Source: Octopus sinensis (Eukaryota). Taken from it: a DNA stretch of 64,000 nt. The stretch covers positions 1 through 64,000 of the forward strand of contig NW_021832268.1 in assembly GCF_006345805.1 (NCBI RefSeq), written 5' to 3'. The notes below the pieces were generated by a model. It had not been told where the DNA came from. It worked only from the letters and a program-made list of their open reading frames with translations, and did no database searches. Both the position numbers and the translations under genes were made by a program. This document shows positions 63,347-64,000 of this stretch, in pieces (the first letter of the stretch is position 1; every line of letters starts with the position of its first letter).

Positions 63347-63452
63347 TATCACCCGATGAGACACATCTGCACCACAGGATGCTCCTGAACCAGTTCAGTG
63401 CCCCACCCCTGGGGGGATCGATGCTAGATGTGTCGAACCAATTGTCGTGTTA
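63347..63452 (+). ncRNA. Type-I hammerhead-like motif with long stem II (family H), core mutated
   Basis: TATCAC/GTGTTA stem I; CCGATGA; GACACATCT/AGATGTGTC 9-bp stem II; GAAC-CAATTG-TC. Confidence 0.65.
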
Positions 63453-63492
63453 TAATATATTCTCGGATATTCCACTTCCTCCTCTTCATTTA

Positions 63493-63539
<47 letters not shown>

Positions 63540-63888
63540 AGGAGGAATGGTCCAATATATATATTCAGCAGTATCGGCGCCGAGTAAAGATTAGGCGTAA
63601 ACAAACATTAGGTTACGTGAAATATGTTTGTAACATATTTCAACTTTTAAAGGGAAATTCACTGCAGATTCCGAGGAGAAAAAAAATCTCTGTTGTGGTA
63701 AAAAAAAAAAAAAAACTAAATCGGATTCTCAAACGCAGTTTCGTCAATGTTTTTACACGTTGTGGTGCACTGAATAATGCACCACAACTAGTTGTTCAAA
63801 ATCTCATTGATGTACAATGGGTCGAAACGATCGTAATGATTAATAAGGATTCTTGTGAATTTCATTTTCTCTTTCTTGTTACACACAG

Positions 63889-63944
<56 letters not shown>

Positions 63945-64000
63945 GTGGTGTGTGTGTGTGTGTGTGTGTGTCTGTGTCTGTGTCTGTGTGTATATATATA

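Noticed and set aside
1541-63604. Dozens of ORFs of YI, TH/CV, poly-N/Y/I/L/V type (e.g. 48268..49020, 250 aa)
   Set aside because: They are translations of stop-free microsatellites with no domain content or splice evidence

Overview
Repeat-saturated, AT-rich animal genomic DNA. The SINE families and very long (TA)n/(CA)n/(ATT)n tracts point to an Octopus genome (inference). No host protein-coding gene could be supported, and most listed ORFs are microsatellite translations (YI, TH, poly-N/Y/I/L). The window holds four tRNA-derived SINE families, decayed or truncated LINEs (CR1-group, R4/Dong-like, probable RTE end), a decayed Penelope-like (PLE) RT, mariner, DD37D, pogo and hAT remnants and MITEs, and a Helitron nested in a LINE. 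The main result is about ten minimal type-I hammerhead ribozyme (HHR) motifs in at least seven short non-coding element families. These elements show PLE-style tandem or inverted ends, mostly abut (TA)n, and share recurrent core variants (U4C, A6U); three copies begin at the predicted self-cleavage site. Other signals: microhomology-bounded templated insertions, a 156-bp-arm foldback, a STAT-motif minisatellite and a TGTCA motif cluster. All alignments, folds and translations were done by eye, and SINE and LINE edges are approximate.
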